Positions 29,901 through 45,600 of a stretch of 64,000 bases of DNA are shown piece by piece (positions within the stretch are counted from its first letter, which is position 1; the number at the start of each line of letters is the position of its first letter). The notes beneath the pieces were generated by a model that saw nothing but the letters and a program-made list of their open reading frames with translations, did no database searches and had not been told where the DNA came from. The position numbers were made by a program, and so were the translations under genes. Origin of the DNA: the human T2T-CHM13v2.0 reference genome, Homo sapiens. The stretch is taken from the NCBI RefSeq assembly GCF_009914755.1, contig NC_060927.1; one strand, given 5' to 3'.

Positions 29901-32770
29901 ATAAAATAACAAAGTACACAAACTATAAATTATATACTGTACATAAAATATGAAATTACATCAAATATATATTAGGTACATAAAATATGAAAGTACATCA
30001 AATATAGATTATATACTGTACATATAATATCAATGTACCCCAAATATATATTTGATACTCTACATGAAATATCAAAGTTCAGAAACCATACATTATATAC
30101 TTTCCATAAAATATCAAAGTACCCATGGCATATATTCTATACTGTACAAAAGATATCAAAGTACCCAAAGCATGTATTATATACTGTACATAAAATATGA
30201 AAGTACATCAAATATATATTTTATTCTGTACATAAAATATCAAAGTACACCAGATATATATTCTATAGTGTACATAAAATATAAAGTACCCAAACTATAT
30301 ATTATATACTGTACATAAAATATGAAATTACATCAAATATGTATTATATTAGGTACATAAAATATGAAAGTACATCAAATATAGATTATATACCGTACAT
30401 AAAATATCAAAGTACCCCAAATATATATTATATACTCTACATGAAATATCAAAGTTCACAAACTATATATTATATACTGTACATAAAATATCAAAGTACC
30501 CAAGGTATATATTCTATACTGTACAAAAAATATCAAAGTACCCAAAGCATGTATTATATACTGTATATAAAATAAGAAAGTACATTAAATATATATTTTA
30601 TTCTGTACATAAAATATCAAAGTACACCAGATATATATTCTATAGTGTACATAAAATAACAAAGTACACAAACTATAAATTATATACTGTACATAAAATA
30701 TGAAATTACATCAAATATATATTAGGTACATAAAATATGAAAGTACATCAAATATAGATTATGTACTGAACATATAATATCAATGTACCCCAAATATATA
30801 TTTGATACTCTACATGAAATATCAAAGTTCAGAAACCATACATTATATACTGTACATAAAATATCAAAGTACCCAAGGTATATATTCTATACTGTACAAA
30901 AAATATCAAAGTACCCAAAGCATGTATTATATACTGTAGATAATATATGAAAGTACATCAAATATATATTTTATTCTGTACATAAAATATCAAAGTACAC
31001 CAGATATATATTCTATAGTGTACATAAAATATCAAAGTACCCAAACTATACATTATATACTGTACATAAAATATGAAATTACATCAAATATATATTAGGT
31101 ACATAAAATATGAAAGTACATCAAATAGATATTTTATTCTGTACATAAAATATCAAAGTACACCAGATATATATTCTATAGTGTACATAAAATAACAAAG
31201 TACACAAACTATAAATTATATACTGTACATAAAATATGAAATTACATCAAATATATATTAGGTACATAAAATATGAAAGTACATCAAATATAGATTATAT
31301 ACTGTACATATAATATCAATGTACCCGAAATATATATTTTATACTCTACATGAAATATCAAAGTTCACAAACCATATATTGTATAGTGCACATAAAATAT
31401 CAAAATACCCAAGGTATATATTCTATACTGTACAAAAAATATCAAAGTACCCAAAGCAGGTATTATATACTGTACATAAAATATGAAAGTACATCAAATA
31501 TATATTTTATTCTGTACATAAAATATCAAAGTACACCAGATATATATTCTATAGCGTACATAAAATATCAAAGTACACAAACTATACATTATATACTGTA
31601 CATAAAATATGAAATTACATCAAATATATATTATATTAGGTACATAAAATATGAAAGTACATCAAATATAGATTATATACTGTACATTAAATACCAAAGT
31701 ACCCCAAATATATATTTTATACTGTACATGAAATTTCAAAGTTCACAAACTATATATTATATACTGTACATAAAATATCAAAGTACCCAAGGTATATATT
31801 CTATAGTGTACAAAAAATATCAAAGTACCCAAAGCATGTATTATATACTGTACATAAAATATGAAAGTACATCAAATATATATTTTATTCTGTACATAAA
31901 ATATCAAAGTACACCAGATATATATTCTATAGTGTATATAAAATATCAAAGTACCCAAACTATACATTATATACTGTACATAAAATATGAAATTACATCA
32001 AATATATATTATATTAGGTACATAAAATATGAAAGTACATGAAGTATAGATTATATACTGTACATAAAATATCAAAGTACCCCAAATTTATATTATATAC
32101 TATACATGAAATATCAAAGTTCACAAACTATATATTATATACTGTACATAAAATATCAAAGTACCCAAGGTATATATTCTATAGTGTACAAAAAATATCA
32201 AAGTACCCAAAGCATGTATTATATACCGTACATAAAATATAAAATTACATCAAATATATATTTTATTCTGTACATAAAATATCAAAGTACACCAGATATA
32301 TATACTATAGTGTACATAAAATATCAAAGTACCCAAACTATACATTATACACTGTACATAAAATATGAAATTATATCAAATATATATTAGGTACATAAAA
32401 TATGAAAGTACATCAAATATAGATTATATACTGTAAATATAATATCAATGTACCCCAAATATATATTTTATACTCTACATGAAATATCAAAGTTCACAAA
32501 CCATATATTATATACTGTACATAAAATATCAAAGTACCCAAGTTATATATTCTATACTGTACAAAAAATATCAAAGTACCCAAAGCATGTATTATATACT
32601 GTACATAAAATATGAAAGTACATCAAATATATATTTTATTCTGTACATAAAATATCAAAGTACACCAGATATATATTCTATAGTGTACATAAAATATCAA
32701 AGTACCCAAACTATACATTATATACTGTACATAAAATATGTAATTATATCAAATATATATTATATTAGGT
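20921..32770 (+). repeat. Four dispersed copies of a ~1507-bp 4-HOR block (starts 20921, 25054, 27344, 31261)
   Basis: Private markers CATGAAGTATAG, CCAAATTTAT, ATACCGTAC, TACTATAG and CCAAGTTAT. ORF sets at 21699/25832/28122/32039 and 21010/25143/27433/31350. Confidence 0.9.
22801..25053 (+). repeat. Three tandem 751-bp HOR dimers (378+373)
   Basis: Boundaries at 22801, 23552, 24303 and 25054. The markers CTGAACAT, TTTGATACT and TTCAGAAACC occur in the first three, with ORFs at 22878, 23629 and 24380. Confidence 0.88.
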
Positions 32771-33849
32771 ACATAAAATAAGAAAGTACATCAAATATAG
32801 ATTATATACTGTACATAAAATATCAAAGTACCCCAAATATATATTATATACTCTACATGAAATATCAAAGTTCACAAAGTATATATTATATACTGTACAT
32901 AAAATATCAAAGTACCCAAGGTATATATTCTATACTGTACAAAAAATATCAAAGTATCCAAAGCATGTTTTATATACTGTATATAATATATGAAAGTACA
33001 TTAAAGATATATTTTATTCTGTACATAAAATATCAAAATACACCAGATATATATTCTATAGTGTACATAAAATAACAAAGTACACAAACTATAAATTATA
33101 TACTGTACATAAAATATGAAATTACATGAAATATATATTAGGTACATAAAATATGAAAGTACATCAAATATAGATTATATACTGTACATATAATATCAAT
33201 GTACCCCAAATATATATTTTATACTCTACATGAAATATCAAAGTTCACAAACCATACATTATATACTTTCCATAAAATATCAAAGTACCCATGGCATATA
33301 TTCTATACTGTACAAAAGATATCAAAGTACCCAAAGCATGTATTATATACTGTACATAAAATATGAAAGTACATCAAATATATATTTTATTCTGTACATA
33401 AAATATCAAAGTACACCAGATATATATTCTATAGTGTACATAAAATATCAAAGTACCCAAACTATACATTATATACTGTACATAAAATATGAAATTACAT
33501 CAAATATATATTAGGTACATAAAATATGAAAGTACATCAAATAGATATTTTATTCTGTACATAAAATATCAAAGTACACCAGATATATATTCTATACTGT
33601 ACAAAAAATATCAAAGTACACAAAGCATGTATTATATACTGTACATAAAATATGAAATTACATCAAATATATATTATATTAGGTACATGAAATATGAAAG
33701 TACATCAAATATAGATTATATACTGTACATAAAATATGAAAGTACCCCAAATATATATTATATACTCTACATGAAATATCAAAGTTCACAAACTATATAT
33801 TATATACTGTACATAAAATATCAAAGTACCCAAGGTATATATTCTATAC

Positions 33850-35350
33850 TGCACAAAAAATATCAAAGTACCCAAAGCATGTATTATATACTGTATATAA
33901 AATATGAAAGTACATCAAATATATATTTTATTCTGTACATAAAATATCAAAGTACACCAGATATATATTCTATAGTGTACATAAAATATCAAAGTACCCA
34001 AACTATACATTATATACTGTACATAAAATATGAAATTACATCAAATATATATTATATTAGGTACATAAAATACGAAAGTACATCAAATATAGATTATATA
34101 CTGTACATAAAATATCAAAGTACCCCAATATATATTATATACTGTACATGAAATATCAAAGTTCACAAACTATATATTATGTACTGTACATAAAATATCA
34201 AAGTACCCAAGGTATATATTCTATACTGTACAAAAAATATCAAAGTACCCAAAGCATGTATTATATAATGTACATAAAATATGAAAGTACATCAAATATA
34301 TATTTTATTCTGTACATAAAATATCAAAGAACACCAGATATATATTCTATAGTGTACATAAAATATCAAAGTACCCAAACTATACATTATATACTGTACA
34401 TAAAATATGAAATTACAGCAAATATATATTATATTAGGTACATAAAATATGAAAGTACATCAAATATAGATTATATACTGTACATTAAATACCAAAGTAC
34501 CCCAAATATATATTTTATACTGTACATGAAATATCAAAGTTCACAAACTATATATTATATACTGTACATAAAATATCAATGTACCCAAGGTATATATTCT
34601 ATACTGCACAAAAAATATCAAAGTACCCAAAGCATGTATTATATACTGTATATAAAATATGAAAGTACATCAAATATATATTTTATTCTGTACATAAAAT
34701 ATCAAAGTACACCAGATATATATTCTATAGTGTACATAAAATATCAAAGTACCCAAACTATACATTATATACTGTACATAAAATATGAAATTACATCAAA
34801 TATATATTATATTAGGTACATAAAATACGAAAGTACATCAAATATAGATTATATACTGTACATAAAATATCAAAGTACCCCAATATATATTATATACTGT
34901 ACATGAAATATCAAAGTTCACAAACTATATATTATGTACTGTACATAAAATATCAAAGTACCCAAGGTATATATTCTATACTGTACAAAAAATATCAAAG
35001 TACCCAAAGCAAGTATTATATAATGTACATAAAATATGAAAGTACATCAAATATATATTTTATTCTGTACATAAAATATCAAAGAACACCAGATATATAT
35101 TCTATAGTGTACATAAAATATCAAAGTACCCAAACTATACATTATATACTGTACATAAAATATGAAATTACATCATATATATATTAGGTACATAAAATAT
35201 GAAAGTACATCAAATATATATTTTATTCTGTACATAAAATATCAAAGTACACCAGATATATATTCTATAGTGTACATAAAATATCAAAGTACCCAAACTA
35301 TACATTATATACTGTACATAAAATATGAAATTACAGCAAATATATATTAG
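33850..35350 (+). repeat. Two tandem 755-bp units related to the 918-bp unit
   Basis: ORFs 34148 and 34903 are 755 bp apart (378+377). They carry the same markers as the 918 unit: 1-bp deletion TACCCCAATA, TATGTACTG, ATAATGTAC and AAAGAACACC. Confidence 0.85.
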
Positions 35351-38300
35351 GTACATAAAATATGAAAGTACATCAAATATAGATTATATACTGTACATAA
35401 AATATCAAAGTACCCTAAATATATATTATATAATATACATGAAATATCAAAGTTCACAAACTATATATTATATACTGTACATAAAATATCAAAGTACCCA
35501 AGGTATATATTCTATACTGTACAAAAAATATCAAAGTACCCAAAGCATGTATTATATACTGTATATAAAATATGAAAGTACATCAAATATATATTGGGTT
35601 CATAAAATATGAAAGTACATCAAATATAGATTATATACTGTACCTAAATATCAAAGTACCCCAAATATATATTATATACTCTACATGAAATATCAAAGTT
35701 CACAAACTATATATTATATACTGTACATAAAATATAAAACTAACCAAGGTATATATTCTATACTGTACAAAAAATATCAAAGTACCCAAAGCATGTATTA
35801 TATACTGTATATAAAATATGAAAGTACATCAAATATATATTTTATTCTGCACATAAAATATCAAAATACACCAGATATATATTCTATAGTGTACATAAAA
35901 TTACAAAGTACACAAACTATAAATTATATACTGTACATAAAATATGAAATTACATCAAGTATCTATTAGGTACATAAAATATTAACGTACATCAAATATA
36001 GATTTTATACTGTACATAAAATATCAATGTACCCCAAATATATATTTTATACTCTACATGAAATATCAAAGTTCACAAACCATATATGATATACTGTACT
36101 TAAAATATCAAAGTACCCAAGGTATATATTCTATACTGTACAAAAAATATCAAAGTACCCAAAGCATGTATTATATACTAAACATAAAATATGAAAGTAC
36201 ATCAAATGTATATTTTATTCTGTACATAAAATATGAAAGTACACCAGATATATATTCTATAGTGTACATAAAATATCAAAGTACCCAAACTATACATTAT
36301 ATACTGTACATAAAATATGAAATTACATCAAATATATATTATATTAGGTACATAAAATATGAAAGTACATCAAATATAAATTATATACTGTACATTAAAT
36401 ACCAAAGTACCCCAAATATATATTTTATACTGTACATGAAATATCAAAGTTCACAAAGTATATATTATATACTGTACATAAAATAACAAAGTATCCAAGG
36501 TATATATTCTGTACTGTACAAAAAATATCGAAGTACCCAAAGCATGTATTATATACTGTACATAAAATATGAAAGTACATCAAATATATATTTTATTCTG
36601 TACATAAAATATCAAAGTACACCAGATATATATTCTATAGTGTACATAAAATATCAATGTACCCAAACTATACATTACATACTGTACATAAAATATGAAA
36701 TTACATCAAATATATATTATATTAGGTACATAAATATGAAAGTACATCAAATATAGATTATATACTGTACATAAAATATCAAAGTACCCAAGGTATATAT
36801 TCTATACTGTACAAAAAATATCAAAGTACCCAAAGCATGTATTATATACTGTATATAAAATATGAAAGTACATCAAATATGTATTTTATTCTGCACATAA
36901 AATATCAAAGTACACCAGATATATATTCTATACTGTATATAAAATAACAAAGTACAAAAACTATAAATTATATACTGTACATAAAATATGAAATAACATC
37001 AAATATATATTAGGTACATAAAATATGAACGTACATCAAATATAGATTATATACTGTACATAAAATATCAATGTACCCCAAATATATATTTTATACTCTA
37101 CATGAAATATCAAAGTTCACAAACCATATATTATATACTGTACATAAAATATCAAAGTACTCAAGGTATATATTCTATACTGTACAAAAAATATCAAAGT
37201 ACCCAAAGCATGTATTATATACTGTACATAAAATATGAAAGTACATCAAATATATATTTTATTCTGTACATAAAATATCAAAGTACACCAGATATATATT
37301 CTATAGTGTACATAAAATATCAAAGTACCCAAACTATACATTATATACTGTACATAAAATATGAAATTACATCAAATATATTTTATATTAGGTACATAAA
37401 CTATGAAAGTACATCATATATAGATTATATACTGTACATTAAATACCAAAGTACCCCAAATATATATTTTATACTGTACGTGAAATATCAAAGTTCACAA
37501 ACCATATATTATATACTGTACATAAAATATGAAAGTACCCAAGGTATATATTCTATACTGTACAAAAAATATCAAAGTACCCAAAGCATGTATTATATAC
37601 TGTACATGAAATATGAAAGTACATCAAATATATATTTTATTCTGCACATAAAATATCAAAGTACACCAGATATATATTCTATAGTGTACATAAAATATCA
37701 AGGTACCCAAACTATACATTATATACTGTACATAAAATATGAAATTACATCAAATATATATTAGGTACATAAAATATGAAAGTACATCAAATATAGATTA
37801 TATACTGTACATTAAATACCAAAGTACCCCAAATATATATTTTATACTGTACATGAAATATCAAAGTTCACAAACTATATATTATATATTGTACATAAAA
37901 TATCAAAGTACCCAAGGTATATATTCTATACTGTACAAAAGATATCAACGTACCCAAAGCATGTATTATATACTGTACATAAAATATGAAAGTACATCAA
38001 ATATATATTTTATTCTGTACATAAAATATCAAAGTACACCAGATATATATTCTATACTGTACATAAAATAACAAAGTACACAAACTATACATTATATACT
38101 GTACATAAAATATGAAATTACATCAAATATATATTATGTACATAAAATATGAAAGTACATCAAATATAGATTATATACTGAACATATAATATCAATGTAC
38201 CCCAAATATATATTTTATACTTTATATGAAATATCAAAGTTCAGAAACCATACATTATATACTGTACATAAAATATCAAAGTACCCAAGGTATATATTCT

Positions 38301-41300
38301 ATACTGTACAAAAAATATCAAAGTACCCAAAGCATGTATTATATACTGTACATAAAATATGAAAGTACATCAAATATATATTTTATTCTGTACATAAAAT
38401 ATCAAAGTACACCAGATATATATTCTATAGTGTACATAAAATATCAAAGTACCCAAACTATACATTATATACTGTACATAAAATATGAAATTACATCAAA
38501 TATATATTAGGTACATAAAATATGAAAGTACATAAAATATAGATTATATACTGTACATAAAATATCAAAGTACCCCAAATATATATTATATACTCTATAT
38601 GAAATATCAAATTTCACAAACTATATATTATATACTGTACATAAAATATCAAAGTACCCAAGGTATATATTCTATACTGTACAAAAAATATCAGAGTACC
38701 CAAAGCATGTATTATATACTGTATATAAAATATGAAAGTACATTAAAGATATATTTTATTCTGTACAAAAAATATCAAAGTACACCAGATATATATTCTA
38801 TAGTGTACATAAAATAACAATGTACACAAACTATAAATTATATACTGTACATAAAATATGAAATTACATCAAATATATATTAGGTACATAAAATATGAAA
38901 GTACATCAAATATAGATTATATACTGTACATTAAATACCAAAGTAACCCAAATATATATTTTATACTCTACATGAAATATCAAAGTTCACAAACCATACA
39001 TTATATACTGTACATAAAATATCAAAGTACCCAAGGTATATATTCTATACTGTACAAATAATATCAAACTACCCAAAGCATGTATTATAAACTGTACCTA
39101 AAATATGAAAGTACATCAAATATATATTTTATTCTGTACATAGAATATCAAAGTACACCTGATATATATTCTATAGTGTACATAAAATATCAAAGTACCC
39201 AAACTATACATTATATACTGTACATAAAATATGAAATTACATCAAATATATATTAGGTACATAAAATATGAAAGTACATAAAATATAGATTATATACTGT
39301 ACATAAAATATCAAAGTACCCCAAATATATATTATATACTCTACATGAAATATCAAAGTTCACAAACTATATATTATATACTGTACATAAAATATCAAAG
39401 TACCCAAGGTATATATTCTATACTGTACAAAAAATATCAAAGTACCCAAAGGATGTATTATATACTGTACATAAAATATGAAAGTACATCAAATATATAT
39501 TTTATTCTGTACATAAAATATCAAAGTACACCCGATATATATTCTATAGTGTACATAAAATAACAAAGTACCCAAACTATACATTATATACTGTACATAA
39601 AATATGAAATTACATCAAATATATATTAGGTACATAAAATATGAAAGTACATCAAATATAGATTATATACTGTACATAAAATATCAAAGTACCCCAAATA
39701 TATATTTTATACCGTACATGAAATACCAAATTTCACAAACTATATATTATATACTGTACATAAAATATCAAAGTACCCAAGGTATATATTCTATACTGTA
39801 CAAAAAATATCAAAGTACCAAAAGCATGTATTATATACTGTACATAAAATATGAAAGTACATCAAATATATATTTTATTCTGTACATAAAATATCAAAGT
39901 ACACCAGACATATATTCTATAGTGTACATAAAATATCAAAGTACCCAAACTATACATTATATACTGTACATAAAATATGATATTACATCAAATATATTTT
40001 AAATTAGGTACATAAAATATGAAAGTACATCAAATATAGATTATATGCTGTACATTAAATACCAAAGTACCCCAAATATATATTTTATACTGTACATGAA
40101 ATATCAAAGTTCACAAACTATATATTATATACTGTATATAAAATATCAAAGTACCCAAGGTATATATTCTATACGGTACCAAAAATATCAAAGTACCCAA
40201 AGCACGTATTATATACTGTACATAAAATATGAAAGTACATCAAATATATATTTTATTCTGTACATAAAATATCAAAGTACACCAGATATATATTCTATAG
40301 TGTACATAAAATATCAAAGTACCCAAACTATACATTATATACTGTACATAAAATATGAAATTACACCAAATATATATTAGGTACATAAAATATGAAAGTA
40401 CATCAAATATAGATTATATACTGTACATAAAACATCAATGTACCCCAAATATATATTATATACTCTACATGAAATATCAAAGTTCACACACTATATATTA
40501 TATACTGTACATAAAATAAAGTACCCAAGGTACATATTCTATACTGTACAAAAAATATCAAAGTACCCAAAGCGTGTATTATATACTGTATATAAAATAT
40601 GAAAGTACATCTAATATATATTTTATTCTGTACATAAAATATCAAAGTACACCAGATATATATTCTATAGTGTACATAAAATAACAAAGTACAAAAACTA
40701 TAAATTATATACTGTACATAAAATATGAAATTACATCAAATATATATTAGGTACATAAAATATGAAAGTACATCAAATATAGATTATATACTGTAGATAA
40801 AATATCAATGTACCCCAAATATATATTTTATACTCTACATGAAATATCAAACTTCACAAACCATATATTATATACTGTACATAAAATATTGAAGTACCCA
40901 AGGTATATATTCTATACTATACAAAAAATATCAAAGTACCCAAAGCATGTATTATATACTGTACATAAAATATGAAAGTACATCCAATATATATTTTATT
41001 CTGTACATAAAACATCAAAGTACACCAGATATATATTCTATAGTGTACATAAAATATCAAAGTACCCAAACTATACATTATATACTGTACATAAAATATG
41101 AAATTACATCAAATATATTTTATATTAGGTACATAAAATATGAAAGTACATCAAATATAGATTATATACTGTACATTAAATACCAAAGTATCCCAAATAT
41201 ATATTTTATACTGTACATGAAATATCAAAGTTCACAAACTATATATTATATACTGTACATATAATATCAAAGTACCCAAGGTATATATTCTATACTGTAC

Positions 41301-42660
41301 AAAAAATAACAAAGTACCAAAAGCATGTATTATATACTGTACATAAAATATGAAAGTACATCAAATATATATTTTATTCTGTACATAAAATATCAAAGTA
41401 CACCAGATATATATTCTATAGTGTACATAAAATATCAAAGTACCCAAACTATACATTATATTCTGTACATAAAATATGAAATTACATCAAATATATATTA
41501 GGTACATAAAATATGAAAGTACATCAAATATAGATTATATACTGTACATAAAATATCAAAGTACCCCAAATATATATTATATACTCTACATGAAATATCA
41601 AAGTTCACAAACTATATATTATATACTGTACATAAAATATCAAAGTACCCAATGTATATATTCTATACTGTACAAAAAATATCAAAGTACCCAATGCATG
41701 TATTATATACTGTATATAAAATATGAAAGTACATCAAATATATACTTTATTTTGTACATAAAATATCAATGTACACCAGATATATATTCTATAGTGTACA
41801 TAAAATAACAAAGTACACAAACTATAAATTATATACTGTACATAAAATATGAAATTACATCAAATATATATTAGGTACATAAAATATGAAAGTACATCAA
41901 ATATAGATTATATACTGTACATATATTATCAATGTACCCCAAATATGTATTTTATACTCTACATGAAATATCAAAGTTCACAAACCATATATTATATACT
42001 GTACATAAAATATCAAAGTACCCAACGTATATATTCTATACTGTACAAAAAATATCAAAGTACCCAAAGCATGTTTTATATACTGTACATAAAATATGAA
42101 AGTACATCAAATATATATTTTATTCTGTACATAAAATATCAAAGTACACCAGATATATATTCTATAGTGCACATAAAATATCAAAGTACCCAAACTATAC
42201 ATTATATACTGTACATAAAATATGAAATTACATCAAATATATTTTATATTAGGTACATAAAATACGAAAGTACATCAAATATAGATTATATACTGTACAT
42301 TAAATACCAAAGTACCCCAAATATATATTTTATACTGTACATGAAATATCAAAGTTCACAAACTATATATTATATACTGTACATATAATATCAAATTACC
42401 CAAGCTATATATTCTATACTGTACAAAAAATAACAAAGTACCAAATCCATGTATTATATACTGTACCTAAAATATGAAAGTACATGAAATATATATTTTA
42501 TTCTGTACATGAAATATCAAAGTACACCAGATATATATTCTATAGTGTACATAAAATATCAAAGTTCCCAAACTATACATTATATACTGTACATAAAATA
42601 TGAAATTACATCAAATATATATTATATTAGGTACATTAAATATGAAAGTACATCAAATAT
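35350..42660 (+). repeat. More diverged HSat1A layer with many private variants
   Basis: Variants seen only here include ATTGGGTTCAT (~35593), TAAAACTAACC (~35735), ATTAACGTAC (35981), ATACGGTACC (40171) and AAATCCATG (~42444), plus single-base deletions near 35645 and 36731. Confidence 0.75.
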
Positions 42661-42662
42661 AG

Positions 42663-45600
42663 ATTATATACTGTACATAAAATATCAAAGTACCCCAAAT
42701 ATATATTATATACTCTACATGAAATATCAAAGTTCACAAGCTATATATTATATACTGTATATAAAATATCAAAGTACCCAAGGTATATATTCTATACTGT
42801 ACAAAAAATATCAAAGTACCCAAAGCATGTATTATATACTGTACATAAAATATGAAAGTACATCAAATATATATTTAATTCTGTACTTAATATATCAAAG
42901 TACACCGGATATATATTCTATAGTGTACATAAAATAACAAAGTATACAAACTATAAATTATATACTGTACATAAAATATGAAATTACATCAAATATATAT
43001 TAGGTACATAAAATATGAAAGTACATCAAATATAGATTATATACTGTACATAAAATATCAATGTACCCCAAATATATATTTTATACTATACATGAAATAT
43101 CAAAGTTCACAAACCATATTTTGTATACTGTACATAAAATATCAAAGTACCCAAGGTATATATTTTATAGTCTACAAAAAATATCAAAATACCCAAAGCA
43201 TGTATTATATACTGTACATAAAATATGAAAGTACATCGAATATATATTTTATTCTGTACATAAAATATCAAAGTACACCAGATATATATTCTATAGTGTA
43301 CATAAAATATCAAAGTACCCAAACTATACATTATATTCTGTACATAAAACATGAAATTACATCAAATATATATTAGGTACATAAAATATGAAAGTACATC
43401 AAATATAGATTATATACTGTACATAAAATATCAAAGTACCCCAAATATATATTATATACTCTACATGAAATATCAAAGTTCACAAACTATATATTATATT
43501 CTGTACATAAAATATGAAATTACATCAAATATATATTATATTAGGTATATAAAATATGAAAGTACATCAAATATATATTTTATTCTGTACATAAAATATC
43601 AATGTACACCAGATATATATTCTATAGTGTACATAAAATATCAAAGTACCCAAACTATACATTATATACAGTACATAAAATATGAAATTACTTCAAATAT
43701 ATATTATATTAGGTACATAAAATATGAAAGTACATCAAATATAGATTATATACTGTACATAAAATATCAAAGTACCCCAAATATATATTATATTCTCTAC
43801 ATGAAATATCGAAGTTCACAAACTATATATTATATACTGTACATAAAATATCAAAGTACCCAAGGTATATATTCTATACTGCACAAAAAATTTCAAAGTA
43901 CCCAAATCATGTATTATATACTGTATATAAAATATGAAAGTACATCAAATATATATTTTATTCTGTACATAAAATATCAAAGTACACCAGATATATATTC
44001 TATAGTGTACATAAAATAACAAAGTACACAAACTATAAATTATATACTGTACATAAAATATGAAATTTCATCAAATATATATTAGGTACATAAAATATGA
44101 AAGTACATCAAATATAGATTATATACTGTACATATATTATCAATGTACCCCAAATATGTATTTTATACTCTACATGAATTATCAAAGTTCACAAACCATA
44201 TATTATATACTGTACATAAAATATCAAAGTACCCAAGGTATATATTCTATACTGTACAAAAAATATCAAAGTACCCAAAGCATGTTTTATATACTGTACA
44301 TAAAATATGAAAGTACATCAAATATATATTTTATTCTGTACATAAAATATCAAAGTACACCAGATATATATACTACAGTGTACATAAAATATCAATGTAT
44401 CCAAACTATACATTATATACTGTACATAAAATATGAAATTACATCAAATATATTTTATATTAGGTACATAAAATATGAAAGCACATCAAATATTGATTAT
44501 ATACTGTACATAAAATATCAAAGTACCCCAAATATATATTATATACTCTACATGAAATATCAAAGTTCACAAACTATATATTATATACTGTACATAAAAT
44601 AAAGTACCCAAGGTACATATTCTATACTGTACAAAAAATATCAAAGTACCCAAAGCATGTATTATATACTGTATATAAAATATGAAATTACATCAAATAT
44701 ATATTTTATTCTGTACGTAAAATATCAAAGTACACCAGATATATATTCTATAGTGTACATAAAATAACAAAGTACAAAAACTATAAATTATATACTGTAC
44801 ATAAAATATGAAATTACATCAAATATATATTAGGTACATAAAATATGAAAGTACATCAAATATAGATTATATACTGTACATTAAATACCAAAGTACCCCA
44901 AATATATATTTTATACTGTACATGAAATATCAAAGTTCACAAACTATATATTATATACTGTACATAAAATATCAAAGTACCCAAGGTATATATTCTATAC
45001 TGTACAAAAGATATCAACGTACCCAAAGCATGTATTATATACTGTACATAAAATATGAAAGTACATCAAATATATATTTTATTCTGTACATAAAATATCA
45101 AAGTACACCAGATATATATTCTATAGTGTACATAAAATAACAAAGTACACAAACTATACATTATATACTGTACATAAAATATGAAATTACATCAAATATA
45201 TATTATGTACATAAAATATGAAAGTACATCAAATATAGATTATATACTGAACATATAATATCAATGTACCCCAAATATATATTTTATACTCTATATGAAA
45301 TATCAAAGTTCAGAAACCATACATTATATACTGTACATAAAATATCAAAGTACCCAAGGTATATATTCTATACTGTACAAAAAATATCAAAGTACCCAAA
45401 GCATGTATTATATACTGTACATAAAATATGAAAGTACATCAAATATATATTTTATTCTGTACATAAAATATCAAAGTACACCAGATATATATTCTATAGT
45501 GTACATAAAATATCAAAGTACCCAAACTATACATTATATACTGTACATAAAATATGAAATTACATCAAATATATATTAGGTACATAAAATATGAAAGTAC

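Larger units (their letters stand above)
1..42662 (+). repeat. One complete 42,662-bp macro-repeat period (phase arbitrary)
   Basis: Sequence from 42663 restarts the sequence from position 1. ORF offsets are constant: 316/42978, 2146/44808, 10001/52663, 17505/60167, 20474/63136. Confidence 0.95.
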
